Source: an archaeon (GTDB taxonomy: Archaea > Undinarchaeota > Undinarchaeia > Undinarchaeales > JBDRKL01). From it: a stretch of 52,194 nt of DNA. A program made the translations under genes and the position numbers. The stretch covers positions 1 through 52,194 of the forward strand of contig JBDRKL010000008.1 in the NCBI GenBank assembly GCA_043814055.1, read 5' to 3'. Every line of letters starts with the position of its first letter. Within the stretch, counting starts at the first letter, position 1. Below are positions 1-9,164 of the stretch, in pieces. The notes beneath the pieces are model-generated. The model did no database searches and was not told the origin of the DNA. It saw only the letters and a program-made list of their open reading frames with translations.

Positions 1-300
1 TGGAAAATAATTATATATATAATAATAAACTAAAAATTTGAACTTCATATGGAAAAAACCCAGAACCCCTCTATTTCCTCTGGAAAACCCCTTTATTTCC
101 TCTGGAAACCAAAAAAACCCCAATTTAGCGTTTTTTAGTAAAATACTCTAAAAATTAAACCCTTTATTAGAGTGGAAAAGACCTCAATTCTCTAATACAA
201 CCCACGTTCCCCTTAAAAAAACCCAAATTGGCGTGCTTTTACCAAAAAGAGCCCAAATAAAAAGAACTCCATAGGAAACGAAGGGGCGGGGGCTCTGAAA
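1..300. promoter_or_regulatory. Replication origin (oriC) with ORB elements, probably continuing left of the window
   Basis: Minus-strand ORB-like boxes TTCCAGAGGAAATAGAGGGG (66-85) and TTCCAGAGGAAATAAAGGGG (88-107), a degenerate copy near 160-177, and an oppositely oriented CTCCATAGGAAACGAAGGGGCGGGGG (267-292) with a G-string. AT-rich stretches are present, and the region lies directly upstream of cdc6. Confidence 0.88.
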
Positions 301-365
301 GCCGTACACAATATTTAAATACCCCTACTTCCTATGCAGATTAAAATAGATTTTAAGGGATATAA

Positions 366-1571
366 ATGGCACAAAAAACACTTAACGAACTCTTTGACTC
401 CTTCCTAAGCCAACAACCACATTTCTCGCGGAAGGACGCCCTCCAGGAAACATACACCCCTGAGAGCCTCCCCCACCGCGAGGAGCAGATGAACCAACTC
501 GCTTCCATTCTTGCTCCTGCACTTCGGGGAGAAAAGCCCTCCAACATCTTCCTCTACGGGAAGACAGGAACTGGAAAAACCGCGGCCAGCAAGTATGTTG
601 GACAAGAGCTGGAGAAGAAGGCGGCTGAACGCGGCACAATACTTCGAACCAGCTACATAAACTGCAAGATGGAGAAAGTCAACACAACCTATCGTGTGCT
701 TTCCCGATTCTTCATGGACATGAACTTTAAAGGGGAGGCAGAACTCCCAGTAACCGGCCTCCCAACTGATGTAATCTATCGAAAGTTAGTGAGTGCACTG
801 GATAAAAATGCCGGGGTTTACCTATTACTCCTTGATGAGATTGATGCAATAACAGACCCCGATGTGCTCTACGACCTAACCAGAATAAACACCGACCTGA
901 AAAATGCAAAGATAAGCATCATCGGCATCTCCAACGACCTGTCCTTCACGAACACGCTTGACCCCCGAATCAAGTCCAGCCTCTCTGAGGAGGAACTAGT
1001 ATTCCCCCCCTACAACGCGATACAGCTCCAGGACATCTTAACTCAGCGCGCGCAAATCGCGCTCCAGGCAGGAGTCCTTGAGGGTGCAACCATCCCCAAA
1101 TGCGCCGCTCTTGCTGCGCAGGAGCACGGCGACGCCCGCCGCGCGCTTGACCTCCTCCGCGTCGCGTGCGAAATAGCCGAGCGGAACGGGGAGACCAAAA
1201 CAACCGAGGCGCACGTGTCAATGGCCCAGAAAAAACTGGACATAGACCGTGTGATTGAGGTTGCAAAAACCCAGCCGCGCCAATCCCAGCTAGTGCTCTA
1301 CAGTATAGTATATCTTCATGACCTAAACAAAGAAGACATTGGAACCGGCGAGGTGTATGAGGTTTACCAAAACTTTTGCAAGCAGAGCGGGCTTGACTCC
1401 CTCACCCAACGCCGCGTTTCCGACCTCATATCTGAATTGGATATGTTAAGCCTCATAAGCACCTCGGTAATTTCAAAAGGCCGCTATGGCCGAACCCGCA
1501 AGATAAAGCTGGAGATAAACGGAACCGCACTTGACCGCTGCCGAGAAGTGCTAAACCGAGAATTGTTATAA
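366..1571 (+). CDS. cdc6: Orc1/Cdc6 replication initiator
   Basis: Walker A GKTGTGKT, Walker B LLLDEID, HGDARRALDLLR, C-terminal winged helix ending GRYGRTR; adjacent to ORBs. Confidence 0.97.
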   Translation: MAQKTLNELFDSFLSQQPHFSRKDALQETYTPESLPHREEQMNQLASILAPALRGEKPSNIFLYGKTGTGKTAASKYVGQELEKKAAERGTILRTSYINCKMEKVNTTYRVLSRFFMDMNFKGEAELPVTGLPTDVIYRKLVSALDKNAGVYLLLLDEIDAITDPDVLYDLTRINTDLKNAKISIIGISNDLSFTNTLDPRIKSSLSEEELVFPPYNAIQLQDILTQRAQIALQAGVLEGATIPKCAALAAQEHGDARRALDLLRVACEIAERNGETKTTEAHVSMAQKKLDIDRVIEVAKTQPRQSQLVLYSIVYLHDLNKEDIGTGEVYEVYQNFCKQSGLDSLTQRRVSDLISELDMLSLISTSVISKGRYGRTRKIKLEINGTALDRCREVLNRELL

Positions 1572-2974
1572 TGAACCCCAAAAAGGAAATCCTCCTAAAA
1601 TTCTTGGGACACAACATACAGGTTTCCAAGGACGCTCTAGATGCGCTACTAGCTGACAAAAACCCAACCGAGAAGGCAGACGAGGTTCTTACGCGCATCA
1701 AAGGCAAGGAAAAACTCCTCCTCGTAGCCCACCTAAAAAAATCAACCCGCCAATGCCAAGCAGAAGTAAAAGTCCTAAAAACCTACTCCGGCAACACTCC
1801 AATCTCAAACGCCCAGGATATCTCAGCATTCTTCACGTCCCGCTACAATCACTTCAAAAAAGTTTTTCATGGCCGCCTTAACAACCTAGTTTCTCTCAGC
1901 CATCTGAAAAAATTAAACAATGAAAAAGCCAGCACCATCGCGATGGTTTCAAGCAAAACCACAACTCCAAAGGGTAACATAATACTGGAGTTAGAGGACC
2001 CAACCGGGGTATTCAAGGCAATAGCAACCTCTGAAGACGCAATAAAAAAGGCAACAGCGGTCATCCGGGACGAGGTCATTGGGGTTTCTGGTAGCACAGG
2101 CACTGACATTCTATTCATAGATGACATAGTCTGGCCGGAGGTTCCCATTAAAAATGTGCGCAAGGAAACAAGCGAAACCATCTATGCAGCTTTCCTCTCT
2201 GACACGCATATCGGAAGCAAGAAATTCATGCGCCAGGAATTCAAGAAACTCCTCCAGTGGTTCAACAGCGACAACGAAATCGCGAAAAACACGCGGTATG
2301 TTTTCCTTGCCGGGGACATTGTGGAGGGAGTTGGGGTGTACCCAAAACAGGAGGCGGAACTTGAATACACAGACATCCGCGAACAATACAAACAAGCAGC
2401 AATGCTCCTCTCAAAACTCCCTGAACATATGCATCTCATAATCAGCCCGGGCAACCACGATTTTGTCCGTTTGGCGCAACCACAACCCGCGCTCTGCCCG
2501 GAAATTTGCGCCCCCCTCTACGCATTAAAAAACACAACAATGGTTAGCAATCCCTCGCTTGTGAACATACACGGCTTTGACAACGGAGGCATAAACGTGT
2601 TGATGTATCATGGGGTCAGCATAGACGCAATGGTCTCTGCAACTCCGCTCTTAAAAGACGGCTATGCCCACCCGGAAAAAGTGATGCTCTCCCTGCTCAA
2701 GCGAAGGCACCTATCCCCCCCCTATGAATCCGGTCTAATTGCCGGCGGGATAGATTCTCTAGTGATAGATGAAACCCCGGACGTGTTCCACGTTGGCCAC
2801 GTTCACTCAAACGGCGCAGCAGAGTACCGCGGAATTACATTAATAAATTCAGGAACCTGGCAGGCACAAACAGACTTCCAGAAACTTGTCGGCCACGACC
2901 CAACCCCTGCGCAACTCCCCGTGCTTAACCTGAAAACGCGCGAACTCAGCCTGATAAATTTCATATCAAAATGA
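1571..2974 (+). CDS. polB: DNA polymerase D small subunit DP1 (3'-5' exonuclease)
   Basis: OB fold (LEDPTG), calcineurin-like motifs SDTHIGS, AGDIVEG, PGNHD, YHG, GHVH; NSGTWQAQTDFQ. Confidence 0.96.
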   Translation: MNPKKEILLKFLGHNIQVSKDALDALLADKNPTEKADEVLTRIKGKEKLLLVAHLKKSTRQCQAEVKVLKTYSGNTPISNAQDISAFFTSRYNHFKKVFHGRLNNLVSLSHLKKLNNEKASTIAMVSSKTTTPKGNIILELEDPTGVFKAIATSEDAIKKATAVIRDEVIGVSGSTGTDILFIDDIVWPEVPIKNVRKETSETIYAAFLSDTHIGSKKFMRQEFKKLLQWFNSDNEIAKNTRYVFLAGDIVEGVGVYPKQEAELEYTDIREQYKQAAMLLSKLPEHMHLIISPGNHDFVRLAQPQPALCPEICAPLYALKNTTMVSNPSLVNIHGFDNGGINVLMYHGVSIDAMVSATPLLKDGYAHPEKVMLSLLKRRHLSPPYESGLIAGGIDSLVIDETPDVFHVGHVHSNGAAEYRGITLINSGTWQAQTDFQKLVGHDPTPAQLPVLNLKTRELSLINFISK

Positions 2975-5900
2975 ACCCGGAAACCTATTTCACAACCCTG
3001 GAAAAAAAGGTCAAGAAAGAATTTGACCTGGCAGCGCAAGCTCGTGAAAAAGGATTGGACCCCGCCACAAAACCTGAAATATACCTTGCAAAAGACCTTG
3101 CTGAAAAAGTGGAGGGGCTCATAGAGATGGAGGGGCTTGCAAACACCATCCGAGAAATATCCAAGAAATTTGACAACGAACTTGAAATTGCTTTCCATCT
3201 GGCCAAGGACATAGTCTCAAAAGAAGCTGACCGCGAGAAAGCCGCCGACCTCGCCCTCCGGGCTTCGCTTGCGTTCCTTACCCAGGGCGCGGTTTCAGCA
3301 CCACTTGAAGGAATTGCAAAACTCAAGATAAAAAAGAACCCCGACGACACAGAATACCTCTCGGTTTATTACTCTGGACCAATCCGCGCAGCCGGAGGCA
3401 CAGCAGAAGCGCTCTCAGTCCTAATGGCCGACTACATTAGAAAACAGCTCGGCCTTGACTGTTACAAGGCAACGCTTGATGAAATAGGCCGCTACATAGA
3501 GGAAGTACAATGGTACCACAGGCACGTCCACTTGCAGTACTTCCCCTCTGAGAAAGAGATACAAACAATCGCAATGAATGTTCCAATCTGCATAGACGGT
3601 GAGCCAACAGAGGAGTTTGAAGTTGCCAACTACCGCGACCTCGGCCGAGTTGAAACAAACCGCGTTCGCGGCGGGATGTGCCTGGTGCTCGCAGAAGGAA
3701 TAGCCCAAAAAGCCCCCAAGCTCCTAAAGCGCCTCAACCCGCTCCAAAAAGAATATGGCTTGGACTGGTCCTGGCTCAACGAGCTAATACATTTAAAAGC
3801 CCAAACTGCTCCAACAAAACAAGAGCATCAAGCAATTCCCGACCTTGAATTCGCAGCAGGCATTGTTGATAGTTCCCCCCTCGCTGCTGAACAACTAATA
3901 GAGCTGGCAAAGGAGCACTCGCAATGGGATTGGATGGATGAGGAAACCGAAACCGCGCCAGAAACTGGGGGGAGTACAAAGTACATTCAAGAAATCCCAG
4001 CGGGTCGCCCAGTATTTTCTCACCCAAGCAGAAAAGGCGGATTCTCCCTGCGCTATGGCCGCTCAAGAGCCGGCGGGCACTCCGCAGTATCACTACATCC
4101 TGCAACAATGAGCGTGCTTGACAACTTCATAGCAATCGGAACCCAAATTCGTCTGGAATTCCCTGGGAAAGCTGCAATCACAACTCCTTGCGACACAATT
4201 GACGGCCCAATTGTCCTGCTGGAGGACGGCGAAGTCTTGCAGCTCACCACGCTGGAGCAAGCAGATGAAATCAAGCCAAAAGTTAAAAAAATACTTCGGC
4301 TCGGAGACATACTCATCTCCGGTGGAGACTTCCTGGAGAACAACCACAAATTACGCCCGGGGGCATATGCAGAGGAGTGGTGGGCCAAGGAAGTATTAGC
4401 AGATGCAAAAACCGCACCAAAAGAATTTGCAAAATACCTCAGGCCTCCATACCCAACCCCTAATATAGAAACCGCTCTTAAAATCTCAAAAAAATATAAC
4501 ACCCCCCTGCACCCTCAGCACACATTTTTCTGGGGTGACCTTAATTTTGAACAGTTAAAAAACCTAATATCCGCACTTAAAAAGGCCAAATCCACACAAG
4601 ACCACATTGAATTTGAAAACGAAAAATCACTAAAAAACACCCTTGAAACCCTCTGTATTTTTCACAAACTGGAACACAACAAGATACTCATCACAGAGCA
4701 CGCGCAAACGCTTCTAAAAACAATCAACCCAACGAAAACCCCTGCAGAACTTGACAAACTCAAAAATTCCTCAAAGAACATGCTTGAGCTCATTTCAACA
4801 CTCACTGGCGTTAAAGTAATGGACCGAAAACCAACGCCAATTGGGGCAAGGATGGGCCGCCCTGAAAAGGCAAAGCCTCGCAAGATGTCCCCAGCCCCCC
4901 ACTCCCTCTTCCCAACCGGCGCGAATCAGGGTCGCGTTCGAGATTTGATAAAAGCATCTGAGATGGAAACCTCGCCAGATATCGCAAAGTTCACCTGCCT
5001 AAAATGCAATACGACTGAAATATTTCCACGTTGCAGCACGTGCGGCACGCGCACAATACTGAGCAGGGCATGCACAAACTGCAAGCGATCAACAAGCGCA
5101 GAACGCTGCCCAGCATGCGGTTCCCTCACCACCTCTTCTGAGCGCCGCAGCGTAGACATCAAGAAATATCTCGCAGATGCTGCGAAAAAAATCAACACCC
5201 CGCTTCCAAAATCCATCAAGGGGGTCATTGGCATGACCAGCAGGAACAAGATACCAGAGGCTCTGGAAAAAGGAATCCTTCGCGCAACCGAGAACATTTA
5301 TGCATTCAAGGACGGAACAATCCGTTTTGACAGCACAAACGCTCCACTAACCCACTTCCGCCCGGCAGAAATTGGCACAAGCGTTGAGAATTTAAAAAAA
5401 CTTGGCTACATAACAGACATTAAAGGCAAGGAACTTACCAACAATAACCAACTCCTTGAGCTTAAACCTCAGGACATAGTGCTTTCAAGCTTTGGTGAGG
5501 ATTCTGCGCCAAATTACCTGCTTAGAAACGCCAGCTTTGTTGATAATCTGCTCCAAAAATATTATGGCCTTGACCCTTACTACAAACTAAAGACCGGGTC
5601 CGACCTTATCGGCCATCTAGTCATAGCGCTCGCACCACACACATCAACTGGCATAATCGGCCGCATAATTGGATTTACAAAAGCGCGCGTCGGTTTTGCG
5701 CATCCAGCATTCCACGCGGCAAAAAGGCGCGATTGTGACGGGGACGAAGATGCAGTAATGCTGCTCTTGGACGCTTTCCTGAATTTCTCCCGGTCTTTCC
5801 TCCCTGCAAAACGCGGCGGCAGGATGGACGCTCCGCTGGTTATCACAACTAAACTGGAGCTAAACGAGGTTGACGACGAAGTATACGACTTTGACATCAA

Positions 5901-6480
5901 TTCCGAGTACGACTTGCAATTCTACAAAAACGCCCAAGCCGGCGCAGACCCAAATGAAATTGGATTGAAGACAGTAAGCAGTGTCCTTGGTTCAACAGAG
6001 CCCTTTGCAAACTGGATGTTCACGCACGACACGAGTGACATCAATCTCGGCCCAATCGTAAACTCCTACACAGAGGGTGAAATGATTGACAAGCTTGAGC
6101 GCCAGCTAACTTTGGCCGAGAAGATAAACGCGGTCAATGAAAAGGATGTTGCCGAGCGCATCATAGATACACATTTCCTCCCGGATATGAAAGGGAATTT
6201 GCGAACTTTCTCGCGCCAAAAAGTCCGCTGCACAAAGTGCAATGCAAAGTACCGCCGCGCCCCGCTGAAAGGGGTTTGTCTGCGCTGCGGCGGAAACCTA
6301 ACACTAACCGTTCACAAAGGGACAATAGAAAAATACCTCGGCGCCTCAAAGAAAATGGCAAAGAAGTACAATATTTCACCCTACCTAAACCAGCAAATAG
6401 AAATGGTTGAGCTCAGCCTGGAGTCAATCTTTGGCAAGCCGACCCAGTCCACGCTTGAGGCCTTCTCTGAAAAAGCATAA
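2971..6480 (+). CDS. polC: DNA polymerase D large subunit DP2 (no intein)
   Basis: GPIRAAGGT, NRVRGG, RYGRSR, GARMGRPEKA, catalytic KRRDCDGDED, Zn fingers, C-terminal PIP-box-like QSTLEAF. Confidence 0.97.
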   Translation: MNPETYFTTLEKKVKKEFDLAAQAREKGLDPATKPEIYLAKDLAEKVEGLIEMEGLANTIREISKKFDNELEIAFHLAKDIVSKEADREKAADLALRASLAFLTQGAVSAPLEGIAKLKIKKNPDDTEYLSVYYSGPIRAAGGTAEALSVLMADYIRKQLGLDCYKATLDEIGRYIEEVQWYHRHVHLQYFPSEKEIQTIAMNVPICIDGEPTEEFEVANYRDLGRVETNRVRGGMCLVLAEGIAQKAPKLLKRLNPLQKEYGLDWSWLNELIHLKAQTAPTKQEHQAIPDLEFAAGIVDSSPLAAEQLIELAKEHSQWDWMDEETETAPETGGSTKYIQEIPAGRPVFSHPSRKGGFSLRYGRSRAGGHSAVSLHPATMSVLDNFIAIGTQIRLEFPGKAAITTPCDTIDGPIVLLEDGEVLQLTTLEQADEIKPKVKKILRLGDILISGGDFLENNHKLRPGAYAEEWWAKEVLADAKTAPKEFAKYLRPPYPTPNIETALKISKKYNTPLHPQHTFFWGDLNFEQLKNLISALKKAKSTQDHIEFENEKSLKNTLETLCIFHKLEHNKILITEHAQTLLKTINPTKTPAELDKLKNSSKNMLELISTLTGVKVMDRKPTPIGARMGRPEKAKPRKMSPAPHSLFPTGANQGRVRDLIKASEMETSPDIAKFTCLKCNTTEIFPRCSTCGTRTILSRACTNCKRSTSAERCPACGSLTTSSERRSVDIKKYLADAAKKINTPLPKSIKGVIGMTSRNKIPEALEKGILRATENIYAFKDGTIRFDSTNAPLTHFRPAEIGTSVENLKKLGYITDIKGKELTNNNQLLELKPQDIVLSSFGEDSAPNYLLRNASFVDNLLQKYYGLDPYYKLKTGSDLIGHLVIALAPHTSTGIIGRIIGFTKARVGFAHPAFHAAKRRDCDGDEDAVMLLLDAFLNFSRSFLPAKRGGRMDAPLVITTKLELNEVDDEVYDFDINSEYDLQFYKNAQAGADPNEIGLKTVSSVLGSTEPFANWMFTHDTSDINLGPIVNSYTEGEMIDKLERQLTLAEKINAVNEKDVAERIIDTHFLPDMKGNLRTFSRQKVRCTKCNAKYRRAPLKGVCLRCGGNLTLTVHKGTIEKYLGASKKMAKKYNISPYLNQQIEMVELSLESIFGKPTQSTLEAFSEKA

Positions 6481-6511
6481 ACACTTAAATATCTACTCAC
6501 AATTTCTTACT

Positions 6512-6715
6512 ATGGACCAAGAAAAGAAAAAGAACGCGGATGCCAAAGTTGCAAAGGACGAAGCAAAAACTGCTGCACAGGAAGCAAAAACCAAAAAGGG
6601 CATTGCCGCCCACACGGCAACCGAATCTCCAAAAAGAAAAAGCAACCGCGGTCTTGCGCTTGGATTATTGCTGGCGGTTATCATCATTCTCTTTGTTATA
6701 TACACAACACTCTAA
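6512..6715 (+). CDS. Small tail-anchored membrane protein (67 aa)
   Basis: ATG at 6512 (MDQEKKK...), Lys/Ala-rich N-terminus, single C-terminal hydrophobic helix; stop overlaps the next ATG (TAATG). Confidence 0.65.
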   Translation: MDQEKKKNADAKVAKDEAKTAAQEAKTKKGIAAHTATESPKRKSNRGLALGLLLAVIIILFVIYTTL

Positions 6716-6945
6716 TGGGCAAAAAAGACAAGATAGAACCAGCGGAACCAGAGCTGAAAGAAGAAAAGGCACCAAAATCAAAAAAAGCCCCAGAACCCGA
6801 AGAAGACCTATCTTTTGAAAAGGAGTTTGCGTCAGGCTCGCCAAGCTCCCTCCCTTGGTGGGTGTTCCCGCTCGCTATTATAGGCCTGATAGCAACCAGT
6901 ATAACTATAATTTATTTGCAACTATCCGGCTATGGCGTGTTTTAG
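6715..6945 (+). CDS. Small tail-anchored membrane protein (76 aa)
   Basis: Charged Glu/Lys/Pro-rich N-terminus and a C-terminal TM helix; translationally coupled to the upstream ORF. Confidence 0.7.
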   Translation: MGKKDKIEPAEPELKEEKAPKSKKAPEPEEDLSFEKEFASGSPSSLPWWVFPLAIIGLIATSITIIYLQLSGYGVF

Positions 6946-6951
6946 GAACTC

Positions 6952-7107
6952 CTACCCCCCAGGTTTTTTTGTGAATTTTTCTATTGAGCCGCCGAGCGGG
7001 TACGAGTAGTGTGGCATTGCTTTCCTCTGTTTGTGCCCGCACTTGGTGCATTTCAATTCCCCGCCTTGCTCTTCAAGCTCTTCACAATCACAAACTTTAC
7101 ATTTCAT
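6952..7107 (-). CDS. Small zinc-ribbon protein (51 aa), not in ORF track
   Basis: Hand translation MKCKVCDCEELEEQGGELKCTKCGHKQRKAMPHYSYPLGGSIEKFTKKPGG; CxxC-x13-CxxCG; ATGA overlap with the atpD stop. Confidence 0.72.
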   Translation of the reverse strand: MKCKVCDCEELEEQGGELKCTKCGHKQRKAMPHYSYPLGGSIEKFTKKPGG

Positions 7108-7736
7108 TTTTCCCCCTTTTCCTTCTTCTTTTTAACCCGTTTTAACCTAAATAAGTTCTCTCTCTCCAACTCTTCAAGCCGCAGGCGTATGAAATTTGCA
7201 GCACTTTTCATATTTGGTATGACTATATCCTCTAGTGCGCTCACACGCCTCTTGGTCTTCTCCACCTCAAGCAGAACCTTCTTCAATGTCGCTTCCTTCT
7301 CAGCGCTCTTGAGCACGTTGTCAAGAAACTCCCTATAAGTGGAAACAACATCGTCAATATACGTGTCACTCCCTATCACTCCATACCCAAGCCCCCCTGA
7401 AGTATCTACCCCAAAGTCGCCTTTTATTTTCGGGACAACAACGCCCATAATATTTCCAGGTTCAAGCCAAATGTTTGGCAATGGTTTTGACGCGAGCGCG
7501 ATTGATTCCAAGGCAACCCGCCCGTCCATTGCTAGCGCAAGGTTGAGCTTTTTATCCGCCCCCTTGTACGAACCCGCCATGGCGCACCTGAACTCGTGCA
7601 CATCCTCCCATATTCTAAAAAACTCCTGGATAAGCCCGTCCTTCTTCCTCTTGAGAAGGTTGTGCCCGCGCTCAGCTAGCTTTATGCGTTCCTTGAGCAC
7701 GATTAGCTCTGAGCGCGTTGGCTTTATATCCTGCAT
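7104..7736 (-). CDS. atpD: A/V-type ATP synthase subunit D
   Basis: KPTRSEL, GHNLLKRKKDGL, KTKRRVSALE, LEELERENLFRLK. Confidence 0.96.
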   Translation of the reverse strand: MQDIKPTRSELIVLKERIKLAERGHNLLKRKKDGLIQEFFRIWEDVHEFRCAMAGSYKGADKKLNLALAMDGRVALESIALASKPLPNIWLEPGNIMGVVVPKIKGDFGVDTSGGLGYGVIGSDTYIDDVVSTYREFLDNVLKSAEKEATLKKVLLEVEKTKRRVSALEDIVIPNMKSAANFIRLRLEELERENLFRLKRVKKKKEKGEK

Positions 7737-9164
7737 TTATGCCTCCTTTTTTGGCTCTTCCTTCTTAAACTTCTTCAAGTACTTCTTGGCAAGGCTTGCT
7801 TCTATTCTGGTGAGTTCTGACTCTGGGAGCATTGACAGTATGTCCCAGCCCAAGTCCAGCGTTTCCTGAATTGAGCGGTCATCATCATATCCCTGGCTCA
7901 CAAATTCATTCTCAAACCTCTCTGCAACCTTGAGGAATTTCCTGTCCCGCTCGTTCAGCGCTTCTTCCCCAACAATCGCAACAAGGCCTCGCAAGTCACG
8001 GCCCTCGGCATATCCAGCATACAACTGGTCGGACAGTGCCTTGTGGTCTTCTCTGGTTTGCTCCTTGCCTATTCCAGCGTTCATCAGCCGGGACAAGCAC
8101 GGCAGCACGTCAATTGGAGGATATATGCCCCTTCTGTGCAAGCTGCGGTCAAGCACAATCTGCCCCTCTGTAATATACCCAGTAAGGTCAGGGATTGGGT
8201 GCGTTATGTCGTCTCCCGGCATGGTTAAAATCGGGACTTGCGTAACCGACCCCTTCTTCCCGCGAATCAAACCAGCGCGCTCATAAATAGTCGCCAGGTC
8301 CGTGTACATATACCCCGGATAACCCCGCCGCCCTGGGACGTCCTCACGAGCTGCTCCAATTTCACGAAGCGCCTCGCAGTAGTTTGTCATGTCAGTCAAT
8401 ATGACCAGCACGTGGTAGTCATGCTCAAACGCAAGGTACTCAGCAGTTGTGAGTGCCATCCTCGGCGTAATCAGCCGCTCAACAGCAGGGTCGTCCGCAA
8501 GGTTCAGGAAAACCACAGACCTCTCCAAAGCCCCGGTGCGCTCAAAGTCAGCTATGAAGTGCTGAGCCTCCTCGTTCGTAATTCCCATTGCGCCGAACAC
8601 AACAGCAAAGTCTTCCTCCTTGCCTGGAACTTTTGCCTGCCTTGCAATCTGCAGTGCAATGTCATTGTGCGGCAAGCCAGCTCCTGAAAATATCGGAAGT
8701 TTCTGACCCCTGACCAGCGTATTCATTCCATCAATAGTGGAAATTCCGGTCTGGATAAAGTCAGCAGGCGGTTCCCTTGAGTACGGATTTATCGCAGCGC
8801 CGTAAACATCCAGCCTGTCCTCTGGCACAATCTCAGGCCCGTCGTCCAGTGGAGTTCCAAGTCCTGAGAAAATCCTTCCCAGCATCTCAGAAGACACCGG
8901 CAGCTTGATAGTCTCGCCTGTGAACCTCACCTTGGACTTCCGGTCTATCCCCATTGAAGCGCCAAATACCTGCACAACCACAACATCCTTTGACGTGTCA
9001 AGCACCTGTCCCCTTCGCACTTCTCCATTCCCAAGCTCTATGTCAACCAGCTCGCCGTATGATATCGGCTCGGTCTTCTCTACAAAGACTAGCGGCCCGC
9101 TAATCTGGCTAATTGTTCTATACTCTTTAATCGGACTCACCTCCTTTCTCTCCTGTCTTTTCAT
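7737..9164 (-). CDS. atpB: A/V-type ATP synthase subunit B (start may be 9140 GTG or 9131 ATT)
   Basis: [53 protein letters not shown]. Confidence 0.97.
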   Translation of the reverse strand: MKRQERKEVSPIKEYRTISQISGPLVFVEKTEPISYGELVDIELGNGEVRRGQVLDTSKDVVVVQVFGASMGIDRKSKVRFTGETIKLPVSSEMLGRIFSGLGTPLDDGPEIVPEDRLDVYGAAINPYSREPPADFIQTGISTIDGMNTLVRGQKLPIFSGAGLPHNDIALQIARQAKVPGKEEDFAVVFGAMGITNEEAQHFIADFERTGALERSVVFLNLADDPAVERLITPRMALTTAEYLAFEHDYHVLVILTDMTNYCEALREIGAAREDVPGRRGYPGYMYTDLATIYERAGLIRGKKGSVTQVPILTMPGDDITHPIPDLTGYITEGQIVLDRSLHRRGIYPPIDVLPCLSRLMNAGIGKEQTREDHKALSDQLYAGYAEGRDLRGLVAIVGEEALNERDRKFLKVAERFENEFVSQGYDDDRSIQETLDLGWDILSMLPESELTRIEASLAKKYLKKFKKEEPKKEA

